A DNA stretch of 64,000 nt from an uncultured delta proteobacterium (GTDB lineage: Bacteria > Desulfobacterota > Desulfobacteria > Desulfobacterales > JAFDCJ01). The translations under genes and the position numbers were made by a program. The DNA lies in NCBI GenBank assembly GCA_963769935.1, contig CAVYNY010000022.1, positions 608,001 through 672,000 of the forward strand. Direction: 5' to 3'. This document shows, piece after piece, positions 20,605-30,861 of this stretch. Position 1 is the stretch's first letter; every line of letters begins with the position of its first letter. A model generated the notes under the pieces. It worked only from the letters and a program-made list of their open reading frames with translations, was not told the origin of the DNA and ran no database searches.

Positions 20605-21324
20605 CTATATCCTTATCCCCAGCTTCGCCAGTTCACTTTCAACCAGGGCCTCCCATCCTCGATTCGCTTTGGGGTTGGCCGGACTGGGATGCGTGATGCC
20701 TCCGATGGTCAGCTGCAGATCGCTCAATGCAATACGGGCGCGGCCGGTGGTGAACTGACCGACGCCTACCACGTATTCGGGGTTCAACTGTTCGATGGTG
20801 CGGCGCAAGGCGCGGTCGCAGGCTTTAAAAAGCGGATTGCGTTCAGCTGACCGAAGCTGGTTGGGGGTGCGGTTGCGACCGCCGGCTTCAATGAACTGAA
20901 GCGGACAATAGTTGGCAATGAAAAACCGCGAGAAAAATTTTTGCGGGGTATTAAATCTTTTCTGCACCCAACCCCAAATACGTTTTCCGCTGATTTCACT
21001 GCGGCGGCATTTGAATCCGGTAACCGGGCGCTTGGGGTGCATATGAGGCGGTGTGTCGACCGGGGCTTCAATCTTAAGCCAATCCCTGACCGCCGTCACT
21101 TCGCCGAAAGGTATGCCGGTCTGGGCCATCCCCCAGGGACCGGGGTTCATGCCGATCAGAACAATCTGCTTGGGTGGTTTCGCATAGCGCTGCAGGTATT
21201 TCGAATAAGGCGTTCGGGCATACGTCAGCGGGTTGTAGACGTGGGTAACCGGTAGGTCGAACCGCAACGGCCGCAATTCGTCCACCAGATCGTCTGTGAT
21301 GGTTTCAAGATCCACGTTTGCCAT
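20605..21324 (-). CDS. SMUG1-type (family 3) uracil-DNA glycosylase
   Basis: GMNPGPWGMAQTGIPFG, SEISG, NYCP, HPSPAN. Confidence 0.95.
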   Translation of the reverse strand: MANVDLETITDDLVDELRPLRFDLPVTHVYNPLTYARTPYSKYLQRYAKPPKQIVLIGMNPGPWGMAQTGIPFGEVTAVRDWLKIEAPVDTPPHMHPKRPVTGFKCRRSEISGKRIWGWVQKRFNTPQKFFSRFFIANYCPLQFIEAGGRNRTPNQLRSAERNPLFKACDRALRRTIEQLNPEYVVGVGQFTTGRARIALSDLQLTIGGITHPSPANPKANRGWEALVESELAKLGIRI

Positions 21325-21442
21325 TGAAAATTGAAGTTTGAAGATTGACGATTTGTGGATGTCTTATCAATCCGTAAATTAAAATTTTGGAAATTGATAG
21401 AAGTCCTTCAATAGTTCCGCTTGGCGGATTAATAGATAACAT

Positions 21443-22093
21443 TCACTTTATTGACCAGCGCAGACCACAGACCAGAAACAGCAATCCCACTACCTGAACG
21501 ATATGATAAATTCCGTTGTGATTGAATTGCCAGATCAGGGTTATGGATATTGATTTATTCGCCTGAATGCCGGCGGCAATGATACTGAACAGGATACCGG
21601 CCGCGATCAACCCGGCTCCCTGCAATTCGCCCCGCCAAGATAAAAAGACATAAGCAATCAGCGCAAAAATAAGCGCCAGGCCTTCAAACACAATGAACAC
21701 AAAAAAAATACCGGGATACATCGATGTCGCCGTGTAAAACCCCAGGCTTATCAACAACAACACCGGCAGGGCTTGGCAGGAAGCCGACTTGCCCCACAGA
21801 TCAAAAACCACTCCCACGACAAACATAGCCACTGCCAGCGCCAGGGCCGCGTTCAAGATCTGCCAGAGGCGTTGATGCAGGGCCTGTGCCAGAACCAATC
21901 CGTGAGCCGCGGCACCCAAAGCCGCCGCTAAACCGATGAACCCGAGCGCAGCGGACCAGATGGTTATTCTGAAAAAGTCACTGCCATTCAACGGAACCCG
22001 CTGCAGAAAGAAAATGCCGCCCAAGGCGACGGCGGCCAAGATGAGATCGGTAATCGCGGTGGTTTGCTCGGCAGGGTCTTTAATGTATTCCAC
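21443..22093 (-). CDS. DUF6962-like multi-pass membrane protein
   Basis: About 7 hydrophobic segments; E..TAITD, GAAAHG, FNHNGIYH. Confidence 0.75.
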   Translation of the reverse strand: MEYIKDPAEQTTAITDLILAAVALGGIFFLQRVPLNGSDFFRITIWSAALGFIGLAAALGAAAHGLVLAQALHQRLWQILNAALALAVAMFVVGVVFDLWGKSASCQALPVLLLISLGFYTATSMYPGIFFVFIVFEGLALIFALIAYVFLSWRGELQGAGLIAAGILFSIIAAGIQANKSISITLIWQFNHNGIYHIVQVVGLLFLVCGLRWSIK

Positions 22094-22099
22094 CTAAAA

Positions 22100-22315
22100 T
22101 CACCGCTTCTTCTCCCCTTTGCAGAAGAGTCCTTTATCCGTGAGACAGTAATTCGGTTCACTGTCCGGACCGCAGAGAAAAGATCCATCCATTCGATTCA
22201 GATAGCCCTTATCGACCAGGTCCGCTAATTCCTCTCTTTTGCCCAGATGGTTGCCGGGATAGTACACACCTTTTTGCATTTTTTCCAGAATATTTTCCGT
22301 CATCTGATGCCCCAC
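22100..22315 (-). CDS. Small hypothetical protein, possibly winged-helix-like
   Basis: LVDKGYL..Y.LTDKG pattern; co-oriented with neighbours. Confidence 0.55.
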   Translation of the reverse strand: MGHQMTENILEKMQKGVYYPGNHLGKREELADLVDKGYLNRMDGSFLCGPDSEPNYCLTDKGLFCKGEKKR

Positions 22316-22367
22316 TTTTTAACCGTTCAAAGGATCGAAGTTTACCGTTCAGGGTTATGTTCCTATG

Positions 22368-22808
22368 TCAATCTGCAACCAGATATTTAACCATACAGAC
22401 CGCACTAACTGGACAAAGATTTTTAAACTCGGTGGTTTCCTGTATTCCGGCCGGAGCAGAATTTCGGGCGGTTTTTTGAAAACCCCGTCTGGAAAAAAAT
22501 TCTTCAGCCGTCATGGTCAATAAAAATAGTGTTTTTAATTGCAATGATTTTGCATAGTCCTCTATGCTACGGACCAGTCTGGATGCAATTTTCCGATTGC
22601 GGTAGACAGCATCGACCGCGAGCGACCGCAAAAGCCCGCAGTCAGCCTTTATTTCAAGTCCGATTACTCCCACCAGTTTGGAACCCTCCCACGCCAACAT
22701 AAAGTGCTTTAATTGATGCGGTTCAAGATCTTCGTGGTGGAGTTCACTGGCTGCCAGCAGTAGCTTAATTTCAGGCTCATTATCCGCAGTTGCAAATGAA
22801 TAATTCAT
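22368..22808 (-). CDS. arsN2: ArsN2-like GNAT N-acetyltransferase
   Basis: LLRSLAV, LLTMTAEEFF..GF, EFKNLCPVSA. Confidence 0.85.
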   Translation of the reverse strand: MNYSFATADNEPEIKLLLAASELHHEDLEPHQLKHFMLAWEGSKLVGVIGLEIKADCGLLRSLAVDAVYRNRKIASRLVRSIEDYAKSLQLKTLFLLTMTAEEFFSRRGFQKTARNSAPAGIQETTEFKNLCPVSAVCMVKYLVAD

Positions 22809-22870
22809 CTTAGCCCATCGTCATTCCAAGGTTCAAAACCGGATCTGTCGGCCGGGATTCTTTACTGCAT

Positions 22871-23419
22871 CTAAACCCGGTAGATATACAGAGGATCGTT
22901 ATGCAACGAGCCTTCAGGGCGCAACATCCGGAGGGGGTTAAATCCGGGCAGAACAAAGTTGCACGATACAACCAGGGTACCGGGTTTAAGTTCCGCCTTT
23001 AATTTGGCCGATAATTTTTGCATGACATCGGGGTACAGGTAGCAAAAAACGACATCAGCCTCCGCCAGGTTTTGTGACCAGAAGTTTTTAAACCGGATAT
23101 CAATGTTTTTCTGCCCGAGGCCGAGTACCTGAGCTTTGAGGTAAGCCAGCAGATTCACCTCAAATCCAATCGCTTTAACGTTGCAGCGTCTCCGGGCATA
23201 CCGCAGCACGCGTCCGTCACCGCATCCGAGATCCACCAGCACCTGTCCGGGCTTCATCGGTACGGCGGCGATAAAGGCGGCAATCCGAGCCCTTGTGGTC
23301 GAAACGTAGAGCGCACCCTGCGTAACCGGCAGAGCCGCGGCAACGCACAGGATGTAGATCATCTTAAGACCGAACAGGCTGCCTGTCAAAATAATAAATA
23401 GCCAAATCCAGGCGGGCAT
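22871..23419 (-). CDS. Membrane-anchored class I SAM methyltransferase
   Basis: GALYV, DLGCGDGR, ADVVFCYL, VSCNF. Confidence 0.9.
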   Translation of the reverse strand: MPAWIWLFIILTGSLFGLKMIYILCVAAALPVTQGALYVSTTRARIAAFIAAVPMKPGQVLVDLGCGDGRVLRYARRRCNVKAIGFEVNLLAYLKAQVLGLGQKNIDIRFKNFWSQNLAEADVVFCYLYPDVMQKLSAKLKAELKPGTLVVSCNFVLPGFNPLRMLRPEGSLHNDPLYIYRV

Positions 23420-23496
23420 AATCAATTGACCATTGACTATTGAAGATTGAATTTTTAAGAAATCTCTGCCGGTTTCCACAAATCAGCAATTTTTAA

Positions 23497-25302
23497 TCAT
23501 CTATCATCAGAACTCCGGCTTGGCGCGATGCCCTCTCCCTTAGGGATCGGTGCCGGCCGGGATGCAGCTGCCCGGCTTTGAATCAGCTGCCGGCAGATTT
23601 TTATGTTTTTCCGGGTTTCCTCATCGCGGGGGTTAAGGCGCAGGGCCGTATAAAAATGAGCCAGGGCATCCCGGTAGCGGCCCAGTCTCACCAGGGCTGA
23701 TCCCATGTTGTTGTATGCGCCGGCATGATCGGGTTTGAGTCGCAGGGCTTCGGCGAAATAAGCGATCGATTCTTCGAATTTTTTCTGGCCGGCCAGGGTT
23801 ACGCCAATATTGTTGTAGGCTTCCGCATAGGCGGGGTTTAATTGCAACGCATGTTTTAATTGTTCGACGGCTAGGCCGTATTCGCCCTGAGCGGCCAGCG
23901 CATTTCCCAAATTGTTGTAGGCTTTGGCATAATTGGGGTTGATTCTCAGCGCTTCCTTATATTGAGCGATCGCTCCAGCAATATCTCCCCGGCGTTTGAG
24001 CGCATTGCCGAGGTTGTTGTGCGGTCTTGCCTTTTGCGGTGATTTTGTAACCGTATCACTCCAGATCGCGACATCACTGCTCCAAACGGTATTTCTTTCA
24101 AAGGTCCAGGCGCAAAATACCATGACTACCGAACAAATCGCGGTTATTTTGAGCGTCTTGGATGTTATAAAGCGCTCAGCCAGCACCAGCCCCATCAAAA
24201 TGATCAGCATCGAGGGCAAATAGGTGCGGTGTTCAAACACCATTTCAAGTCCGATAACCGAGGATTCGATCGCCAGATTTGCGAAGAACCACAGCAGGCA
24301 GAAGGAAAACAGTCGATCTTTGCGCGCCAGCCTTACCGCCAGGGCAAGGCCGGCGATGAGCACACTCAAAGACAGCAGCGTGGTAATCGGGTCCAGCAGG
24401 GAATAAGATATGGGAAAATCATAGTCTAAATTCAACCGGCTCGGGTTGGGATATATCAACAGACTCAGATAGAGGATGATCACCCGGCCTTCGGTCAGCA
24501 CCCGTTGGACCAATGTAAAATTACGCGTTTGGTAACCCGCCATCAATCTGGCGAGGGGGTGTCCATCCAGATAGAGACAAGACACGCCGATGATCAGCAG
24601 CAGCAGGGCGGCACCGAAAATGAGGCCGCGTTTCAGCCAGGTACGGCTTAGATCCTGAAAGAAGTACCATTCATAGAGAAAAATAAATAAGGGCAGGGTG
24701 GCCGCGATCTCCTTGCTGCCCAAAGCCAGCAAGCCGGATGACATGCAGCCGGCCAACAGGAGGCCCTGATTCAACCGGTTTTTTGCAAGACGGGCCCTGG
24801 CGTAAAGCCACATGGCAAGCACATAAAACATGGCCGCCATGCTGTTCATTCTTTGAACTACATAGGCGACCGATTGGGTGTGAATGGGATGGACCAGCCA
24901 GATGAGCGCCGCCGCATAAGGCAGCCAGGGGTGAATTCCATAGCGCGCCTGCACCGCCGGCAGGCTCAGGGTGGTTTTAAAAAATAAGTAAAGAAAAAGG
25001 CCGGCGAGGATATGGATCAAAATATTGAGCAGGCGGTACCCCGCCACGCGGTAGCCGGCCAAATAGTAGTTCAAAGCAAAGCTTATATTTGCGACCGGTC
25101 GGTTGGCTAGCGGGCTTTCGAAACCGGCCCGCATCAAATCTTCCCAGCTGAGCCGGGTCAGGCGGATGTGGGGATTTTCCTGAATGTTGCTGCCGTCGTC
25201 AAACAAAAAAGGTCCGCTTAAGCTGCTGGAATAAATCAGCACGACCAGCAGGGCGGTAGATGCGGCAATTGAAAGTTTGAGAGAAAATATACCGAATTTC
25301 AA
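23497..25302 (-). CDS. TMTC-like GT-C membrane glycosyltransferase with C-terminal TPRs (start uncertain)
   Basis: PFLFDD, RPV, HPIHTQSV, SKE, EHRTYLP, repeated NNLG TPR units. Confidence 0.85.
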   Translation of the reverse strand: MKFGIFSLKLSIAASTALLVVLIYSSSLSGPFLFDDGSNIQENPHIRLTRLSWEDLMRAGFESPLANRPVANISFALNYYLAGYRVAGYRLLNILIHILAGLFLYLFFKTTLSLPAVQARYGIHPWLPYAAALIWLVHPIHTQSVAYVVQRMNSMAAMFYVLAMWLYARARLAKNRLNQGLLLAGCMSSGLLALGSKEIAATLPLFIFLYEWYFFQDLSRTWLKRGLIFGAALLLLIIGVSCLYLDGHPLARLMAGYQTRNFTLVQRVLTEGRVIILYLSLLIYPNPSRLNLDYDFPISYSLLDPITTLLSLSVLIAGLALAVRLARKDRLFSFCLLWFFANLAIESSVIGLEMVFEHRTYLPSMLIILMGLVLAERFITSKTLKITAICSVVMVFCAWTFERNTVWSSDVAIWSDTVTKSPQKARPHNNLGNALKRRGDIAGAIAQYKEALRINPNYAKAYNNLGNALAAQGEYGLAVEQLKHALQLNPAYAEAYNNIGVTLAGQKKFEESIAYFAEALRLKPDHAGAYNNMGSALVRLGRYRDALAHFYTALRLNPRDEETRKNIKICRQLIQSRAAASRPAPIPKGEGIAPSRSSDDR

Positions 25303-25309
25303 AATTGCT

Positions 25310-25408
25310 TTACCCGGCCTTAATCGCCTGCAATGTCGCTTTGGCACAGTGGGCCATGTGCAGGGCATCCGCGCCGACGGCGATCAGGGTATACCCTTTT
25401 TTCAGTAA
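25310..25408 (-). pseudogene. Probable C-terminal remnant of an HpcH/HpaI aldolase
   Basis: LLKKGYTLIAVGADALHMAHCAKATLQAIKAG*; no start codon, abuts the Qng1 stop. Confidence 0.45.
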
Positions 25409-26379
25409 AAGACGGTTCTGGTTCTATGCCTCGGAACCGCCTTGTAATGCGGTTGCTGACCGCGGTTCCAGAGAAAATTATCCAGCTGCGGGGCAGTGAT
25501 AAATGGTCCGGCATCACGGACTGCGTTTTTGATCAGCTCCACGGCATGTACTGCACAGGCCCGGATCTCGACTTCCTCGGCTGAGCCGGCCGGGATCAGA
25601 GTCTGGGCATTGATGCGGCTGAGCAGTTGGTCTTCATACCTTAAAATGCCGTCCATACGCAGCACGTGGGGGACCAGGTTATCGGCAAAGATGGTCATCT
25701 GTGCCAGATCGCGGAAGCATCCCCACGTCCGCCCCTGGAAGGCAATGGCCAGATCAGCCGCGATAATCTGGGCCCTTTTAAAAAAAGGCACTTCGAGTTC
25801 GGCATACGGCGCTACATCATTGAAATAGGGCATCTGCCTGAGCAGGTACACAAGCTTTCCGGCCGATGAGTCGGCCGCCTCCACCAGTCCGGTAAAACTG
25901 CCGTAGAACCGGTTCAGCAAATAACGGCCCAGCTGGTTCAAGGCCGCGCTAAAAAGCGCCATCAGCTCACTGATGATTTTATTGGCGGGATCCTGCCCGA
26001 ATATCCACAGGCAATCCTCAACCGTGATCGCTGCGAGTTGGTCGGCCGGCGGCGGTCCGTTTGCCAGATAAAAATCGTGCAGTGCTGATGCAACCGTGAA
26101 ATAGCCCGACATGCCCGGCCTTTTGTGAAGATACGGAAAATAGCCCGATCCGAAATTTATGCTGTCAAGGACCAGCACAAAAGACACCGTATCTTTTTGC
26201 CGGCCGAGGTAGTGACAATTGGGATCAAGCTGGGGACTGACCGCTTTTTCCAACGGCAGCGAAGACGCATATGAGGGAATCTTATCGTAATTGATTCGCA
26301 CGTTCCTTGACCGCGCGGCTACCGCTTCACATGTAGCACGTATTTGATCAAATATGATTTCAGGCATAGGTGAATTCAA
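25402..26379 (-). CDS. Queuosine salvage protein (DUF2419 / Qng1-like)
   Basis: LDSINFGSG, SGYF, FFKRAQI..DL, TIFADNLVPHVLR, EVEIRA, LDNFLW. Confidence 0.9.
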   Translation of the reverse strand: MNSPMPEIIFDQIRATCEAVAARSRNVRINYDKIPSYASSLPLEKAVSPQLDPNCHYLGRQKDTVSFVLVLDSINFGSGYFPYLHKRPGMSGYFTVASALHDFYLANGPPPADQLAAITVEDCLWIFGQDPANKIISELMALFSAALNQLGRYLLNRFYGSFTGLVEAADSSAGKLVYLLRQMPYFNDVAPYAELEVPFFKRAQIIAADLAIAFQGRTWGCFRDLAQMTIFADNLVPHVLRMDGILRYEDQLLSRINAQTLIPAGSAEEVEIRACAVHAVELIKNAVRDAGPFITAPQLDNFLWNRGQQPHYKAVPRHRTRTVFY

Positions 26380-26452
26380 ATTTAAAAAAACGGGTCTCTG
26401 CTAATAGAAAATATTTTTAGTTCTCCATATTTTGTAAATTACTTACAGCATA

Positions 26453-26839
26453 CTATCCGACGTATGCCTCCGCCTCGATTTCCACCAGAATTTCCGCCGA
26501 GATCAGCCGGCCGACTTCGACCATGCTGGTGGCCGGCCGTATGTCTTTAAAAAATTCGCCGTGGGCCTGGCCGATTTTCTCCCAGTCTTCGATGTTGACC
26601 ACATAGATTCTGGTTCGCACGACATCGGAAAGAGCGGCGCCCGCCCGGGTCAAGGCCGTTTCAATATTTTTAATGGCTTGAACCGCTTGAGCATGCGGAT
26701 CCCCGACGCCGACGATTTTGCCGTTGGCGTCCGTCGCCGTTGTACCGGAGACATGGATGTGAGGTCCTATTTTTACGGCCCTGGAATAGCCTACAATCTT
26801 TTCCCAGGGGGCCCCGGAAGAAATGTTTTCTCTTTTCAT
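26453..26839 (-). CDS. RidA/YjgF family protein
   Basis: [35 protein letters not shown]. Confidence 0.93.
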   Translation of the reverse strand: MKRENISSGAPWEKIVGYSRAVKIGPHIHVSGTTATDANGKIVGVGDPHAQAVQAIKNIETALTRAGAALSDVVRTRIYVVNIEDWEKIGQAHGEFFKDIRPATSMVEVGRLISAEILVEIEAEAYVG

Positions 26840-26947
26840 CAGCGCTTGTCCTTCATTAGTAAAATATAGCCAAGAATCCCGGCCCAAAGGACCAACCTTT
26901 GACTTCACCCCGGCTTCCAAGCTTCCCAATTTCTCATCTTCCCAACT

Positions 26948-27727
26948 TCATCGTGTCGCGCGGTCGTTAATCAGCGTATCCAGCAACCCCATACACACCT
27001 TGCGGCTTTGACCGCCTTCATCCATCTCCGGATTCCAGGTCGAAACGGAGACCGCCGCAATTCTTCCCGTCCGGTTCAGGTGCTGCATCACGGTCTGCAA
27101 TCGTCCGGCAGACGGACCACCGGCAGCGGGGTAATTCATGGCCGGGGCTTCGGCCGGATCCAATATATCCGTATCAATGTGAACATATAAAGGACCTTCC
27201 GGTAAAGTTAACCCCAATAGCTCGCTGACATCGGTTAAATGAACAATCCCGGCCGCTTCGACCAGCAGCGTTTCACCCGGATCAAGATCCCGGGCACCGG
27301 TTAAAATCACCCGATTTTCAGCCAACGGCTTTAGTTTCAGGGCCTTCAACATGGTTTGTTCTCCCCTGCCGACCAGCATGGCCAGGGGCATCCCGCCCAG
27401 AAAGCCGCTGGGGGTTGTTTCCCAGGTGTTAAAGTCGCCATGGGCATCAAACCAGACGAGGGCCGGATCCAGTCCGGCACGCTGCAACCCGGCCAGCACG
27501 CCGATGGTGGCACAGCAATCCCCTGCGATGCTGACCGGGCGCTTTCCGCTTAAAAGGGATTGCTGCGTGAATTCAGCCAGGGGGCGGTGGAGGCCGGACA
27601 AACGCTGCTGCATTTCCCCGGCAGGCAAAAGCGGTTTGTTGATGAGCCAACCGGATGCCGCCAGAGATTCAAGTCCGGGCAGTGGGTCATCCAGAAAAAA
27701 CGGTGTCAGGATCATTTGATTTTGCAT
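26948..27727 (-). CDS. Arginase/ureohydrolase family protein
   Basis: AGDC, DAHGDFN, HIDTD.LDP. Confidence 0.88.
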   Translation of the reverse strand: MQNQMILTPFFLDDPLPGLESLAASGWLINKPLLPAGEMQQRLSGLHRPLAEFTQQSLLSGKRPVSIAGDCCATIGVLAGLQRAGLDPALVWFDAHGDFNTWETTPSGFLGGMPLAMLVGRGEQTMLKALKLKPLAENRVILTGARDLDPGETLLVEAAGIVHLTDVSELLGLTLPEGPLYVHIDTDILDPAEAPAMNYPAAGGPSAGRLQTVMQHLNRTGRIAAVSVSTWNPEMDEGGQSRKVCMGLLDTLINDRATR

Positions 27728-27734
27728 TCTTAAC

Positions 27735-28931
27735 TCAATCGACCTGAAATTTACCCAGCTGATTTTTGCAATATAACGGCCATAAATTTATCAGACCGAA
27801 CATGGGCCCCACCACCAGGAACAGGAAAATATATTGCGGGGTTATAAGACCGGTCAAATAATTGGTGAACTGGATGCTGATGATCGTGATGAAGAATCCG
27901 ATGCTGGTGACGATGGTCAGAGCGGATCCGACAAGTTCCCGGGGCGCTGTTTGGACAGTCAGGGCTGAAAACTGCGGTGAGTCCCCGACCACCACGATAC
28001 CCCATAAAATGAGAAATCCCAAAAAAATTTCCAAGGGGGCATGAAATAAAAACGGAGACAGCAGACAGCAAATTCCCGACGCCAGCAGCTGGAAAAAGGC
28101 GATCGACGGGCTGCCCAGTTTAAATGATAATATACCGCCGCCGATGCATCCCAGACATCCGACGGCAATTACCCAAAAAGACCAGAAGGGAACATTCAAC
28201 GGCTGCCGGGCAGCGGTGCTGTAAGCCTTGATCAGCACCGGAAAAAATGCCCACAAGGTATACAGTTCCCACATATGGCCGAAATAGCCAAAAGATGCTG
28301 ATCGCAAGTCCCTGGATCGAAAGATGGTGGCAAACGCTTTGCTGTTGAACTTGGTCCCTTTTACGACATAAGGTCCATCCGGAACCAGCACCAGTATAAG
28401 AATACCCCCGAAGGCTGAAATTGCTGAAATCGAGAGAATTACATGCTCCCAGGGAAATGACTGGCCGGTACTTTTCAGCAAATGCGGGAAGGCGGTCCCC
28501 ACCACCAGGGCACCCACCAGATACCCCAGGGCCTGGCCCAGGCCTTTGCGATACCAGCCGGCCGCTATTTTCATGCCGACCGGATAGATGCCGGCCAAAA
28601 AAAATCCGGTGCTGAAGCGCAATACCAGCAGTGAGATCAGACCGTCCGCCACTAAGTAAATACCCAGGTTGGAGAGGGCGCCCAGCAATGAGCAAAGAAA
28701 AAAGATCACCCGCGGAGAGAACCGGTCCGATATGGTAAAAAATGCGAACAAAAGGGTTCCGATGATAAATCCCAGCTGCACCGAAGAGGTCATATAGCTC
28801 AAAGCGGCATCGCCCAGTTCCCACTGCCGCTGCAGATCACCCAGAACAGCGTTGCCGGCAAACCACAGCGAGGTCCCCGTAAATTGAGAAACGATAATAA
28901 CCGGCAATATAAGCGTTGATCGATTCTTCAC
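27735..28931 (-). CDS. MFS transporter
   Basis: About 12 TM segments; SLWF, YPVGMK, GYFGHMWELY, DSPQFS; GTGA overlap with the upstream gene. Confidence 0.9.
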   Translation of the reverse strand: MKNRSTLILPVIIVSQFTGTSLWFAGNAVLGDLQRQWELGDAALSYMTSSVQLGFIIGTLLFAFFTISDRFSPRVIFFLCSLLGALSNLGIYLVADGLISLLVLRFSTGFFLAGIYPVGMKIAAGWYRKGLGQALGYLVGALVVGTAFPHLLKSTGQSFPWEHVILSISAISAFGGILILVLVPDGPYVVKGTKFNSKAFATIFRSRDLRSASFGYFGHMWELYTLWAFFPVLIKAYSTAARQPLNVPFWSFWVIAVGCLGCIGGGILSFKLGSPSIAFFQLLASGICCLLSPFLFHAPLEIFLGFLILWGIVVVGDSPQFSALTVQTAPRELVGSALTIVTSIGFFITIISIQFTNYLTGLITPQYIFLFLVVGPMFGLINLWPLYCKNQLGKFQVD

Positions 28932-29947
28932 TTTTTTACCGGTCCGAACAGGCATTCAACGTGCTGCTGCCGGGTATCCTTGTCGCCGAATATAGGGTGC
29001 AGACTCATATCCGGCGAGTATTTGCCGGCCACGGGTTGGCGTCCCAAAGCTTGCGCCATGGCCCGCACGTGATGCGGTCCGGCCCCGCAGCAGATGCCGA
29101 TATAATTGATCCCCATATCACGGGCTTTGAGCGCAAAATCCGCCATTTCATAGCGGGACAGCAGAAAGGGATCCAGCGACACCGGAAAGGCCGTCCCGCC
29201 GTTGGGCAGCTTCAGTTTTTGAAAGCAGGGTTGGTCCTCAGTGGTGCGATAGGGTACTGGCAGCCCGGCAACCCAGCCGTCGATCTTGCGTCGAATTTTT
29301 TCCAGATAAGGCAGCATGGTGGCCGGTCCGTTGCCGCAATTCAACCCCACGACATCGGCGCCCTCATCGTGCAGGCTTTTACAGGCATCTTCCCACGAAT
29401 ACCCGTCACAGCTTTGGCCGGTAGCGGGGCTGAAGGTGATGACCGCCGGCAGCCCACCGGCCTTAATGGCTTCCAGGGCCAGACGGGCTTCCCCCAGGTG
29501 GCCGAAGGTTTCCGCGATGATAAAATCAGCCCCTTCCTGCACCGCCCAGGCGACCTGTTCATCGAAAATTGCCCGGACGGCCCTGGCGGAGGCTGCCACA
29601 GCGGGATCATATTCCCAGGTATTGGAAAGGTTGCCGGCTACCAGGGCGCCAAATGCCCCGGCGGTCTCCTTGGCCAGTTTAAGGGCCGCAATGTTGAGCG
29701 CCTCCAGCCGGTCCTCCCGGCCGATGGCCTTTAATTTGGCCCTGTGGCCGTAGTAGGTGCAGGCCACAACCACATCCGAACCGGCCCGCAAAAATTCCTC
29801 GTGCAGTTCGGCGACGGCCGCGGGATTTTCCAGTACAACTTCAGGTACGAAGGGTCCGGCCTTTAAATAGCCCCGTCGCTCCAGTTCAAAAACATAGCCT
29901 TCTGCCACCAGGACAACATCATTGTTGAGACGATCCAGAAAATTCAT
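28928..29947 (-). CDS. Homocysteine S-methyltransferase (BHMT-like)
   Basis: FELERRGYLKAGPFVPE, GLNC and GICCG zinc ligands. Confidence 0.9.
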   Translation of the reverse strand: MNFLDRLNNDVVLVAEGYVFELERRGYLKAGPFVPEVVLENPAAVAELHEEFLRAGSDVVVACTYYGHRAKLKAIGREDRLEALNIAALKLAKETAGAFGALVAGNLSNTWEYDPAVAASARAVRAIFDEQVAWAVQEGADFIIAETFGHLGEARLALEAIKAGGLPAVITFSPATGQSCDGYSWEDACKSLHDEGADVVGLNCGNGPATMLPYLEKIRRKIDGWVAGLPVPYRTTEDQPCFQKLKLPNGGTAFPVSLDPFLLSRYEMADFALKARDMGINYIGICCGAGPHHVRAMAQALGRQPVAGKYSPDMSLHPIFGDKDTRQQHVECLFGPVKK

Positions 29948-30759
29948 TCCAATTGCTCCTTTTTAAGATTGATTTCATCGAAACCGGGACGCACAAAGGC
30001 TCTGGCAGCGGGAAATTCGTTTTCCGTTCGTCGGCGCAGGCGCTCAAGATGGGCGATAACGCCAAGAATATTGTCTTCCAGGTGGGGAAAGTAGTTTATC
30101 ATTTTACCCCAGGCGCTGATGGATCGATCCATCCCGATCAGCGCCACCTTTGCGGAGCCGTCCGAATCCTTGGGGAAGCCATTTAATATTTCAAACTCTT
30201 CATTTCCAACACTGTGCAGGGCTCTTTGAAGTTTGACGTAAATCTGATGCTGATACCATCGAATAACTTCCGCGGAATCTATCAGCGTCACGGTATCTTC
30301 CTGATCAACCTGATGCCGGCTGGGAGCCATCGCGGAGATTGTCGCCAGCTGCCTGGCATCATCTTCAAAGATATAGACATTTTCATCGAACCATTTATCG
30401 ATCGTGGTTATATAGGATTTGGCCATATGAGCGATAATATGAACGACGGGCTTTTCTGCCAGAGGGTTTTCAGGATCCGCATCATCCTCCCCCTCGAGGG
30501 CGTCCAGATCGATTCCCCTTTCTTCAGCCATTTCCACCAGCATGTTCATGGTCTCCTGCAGCGTTTCGCTTAATCTTTGCCAGAAAACCTGGTTGCTTAC
30601 ATCACCATCCTGAAGATCGCCGAATTTATCCTCGCTCATTTCAAAATTCAGACAGCGCGCAGTGAAGGGACACCGCTCGCACCATCGATCGCAATAATTG
30701 TAAATTCCCGGTATGTGATCTGGATTTTTATCATAAGTCTTATAGGGTTTTTTCGCCAT
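29944..30759 (-). CDS. Hypothetical protein with an N-terminal Cys cluster
   Basis: IYNYCDRWCERC...C; DSDGSAKVA; FVRPGFD; ATGA overlap with the BHMT-like gene. Confidence 0.75.
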   Translation of the reverse strand: MAKKPYKTYDKNPDHIPGIYNYCDRWCERCPFTARCLNFEMSEDKFGDLQDGDVSNQVFWQRLSETLQETMNMLVEMAEERGIDLDALEGEDDADPENPLAEKPVVHIIAHMAKSYITTIDKWFDENVYIFEDDARQLATISAMAPSRHQVDQEDTVTLIDSAEVIRWYQHQIYVKLQRALHSVGNEEFEILNGFPKDSDGSAKVALIGMDRSISAWGKMINYFPHLEDNILGVIAHLERLRRRTENEFPAARAFVRPGFDEINLKKEQLE

Positions 30760-30861
30760 TGATTGGAGCCACTCTCCTTCCTGGTTCGGTTGTGCGAACT
30801 GCTGGTCAAATCGAAAAAAACATATCACAAATCAATTTAATTGCAAAATTGAGGCTTCATC

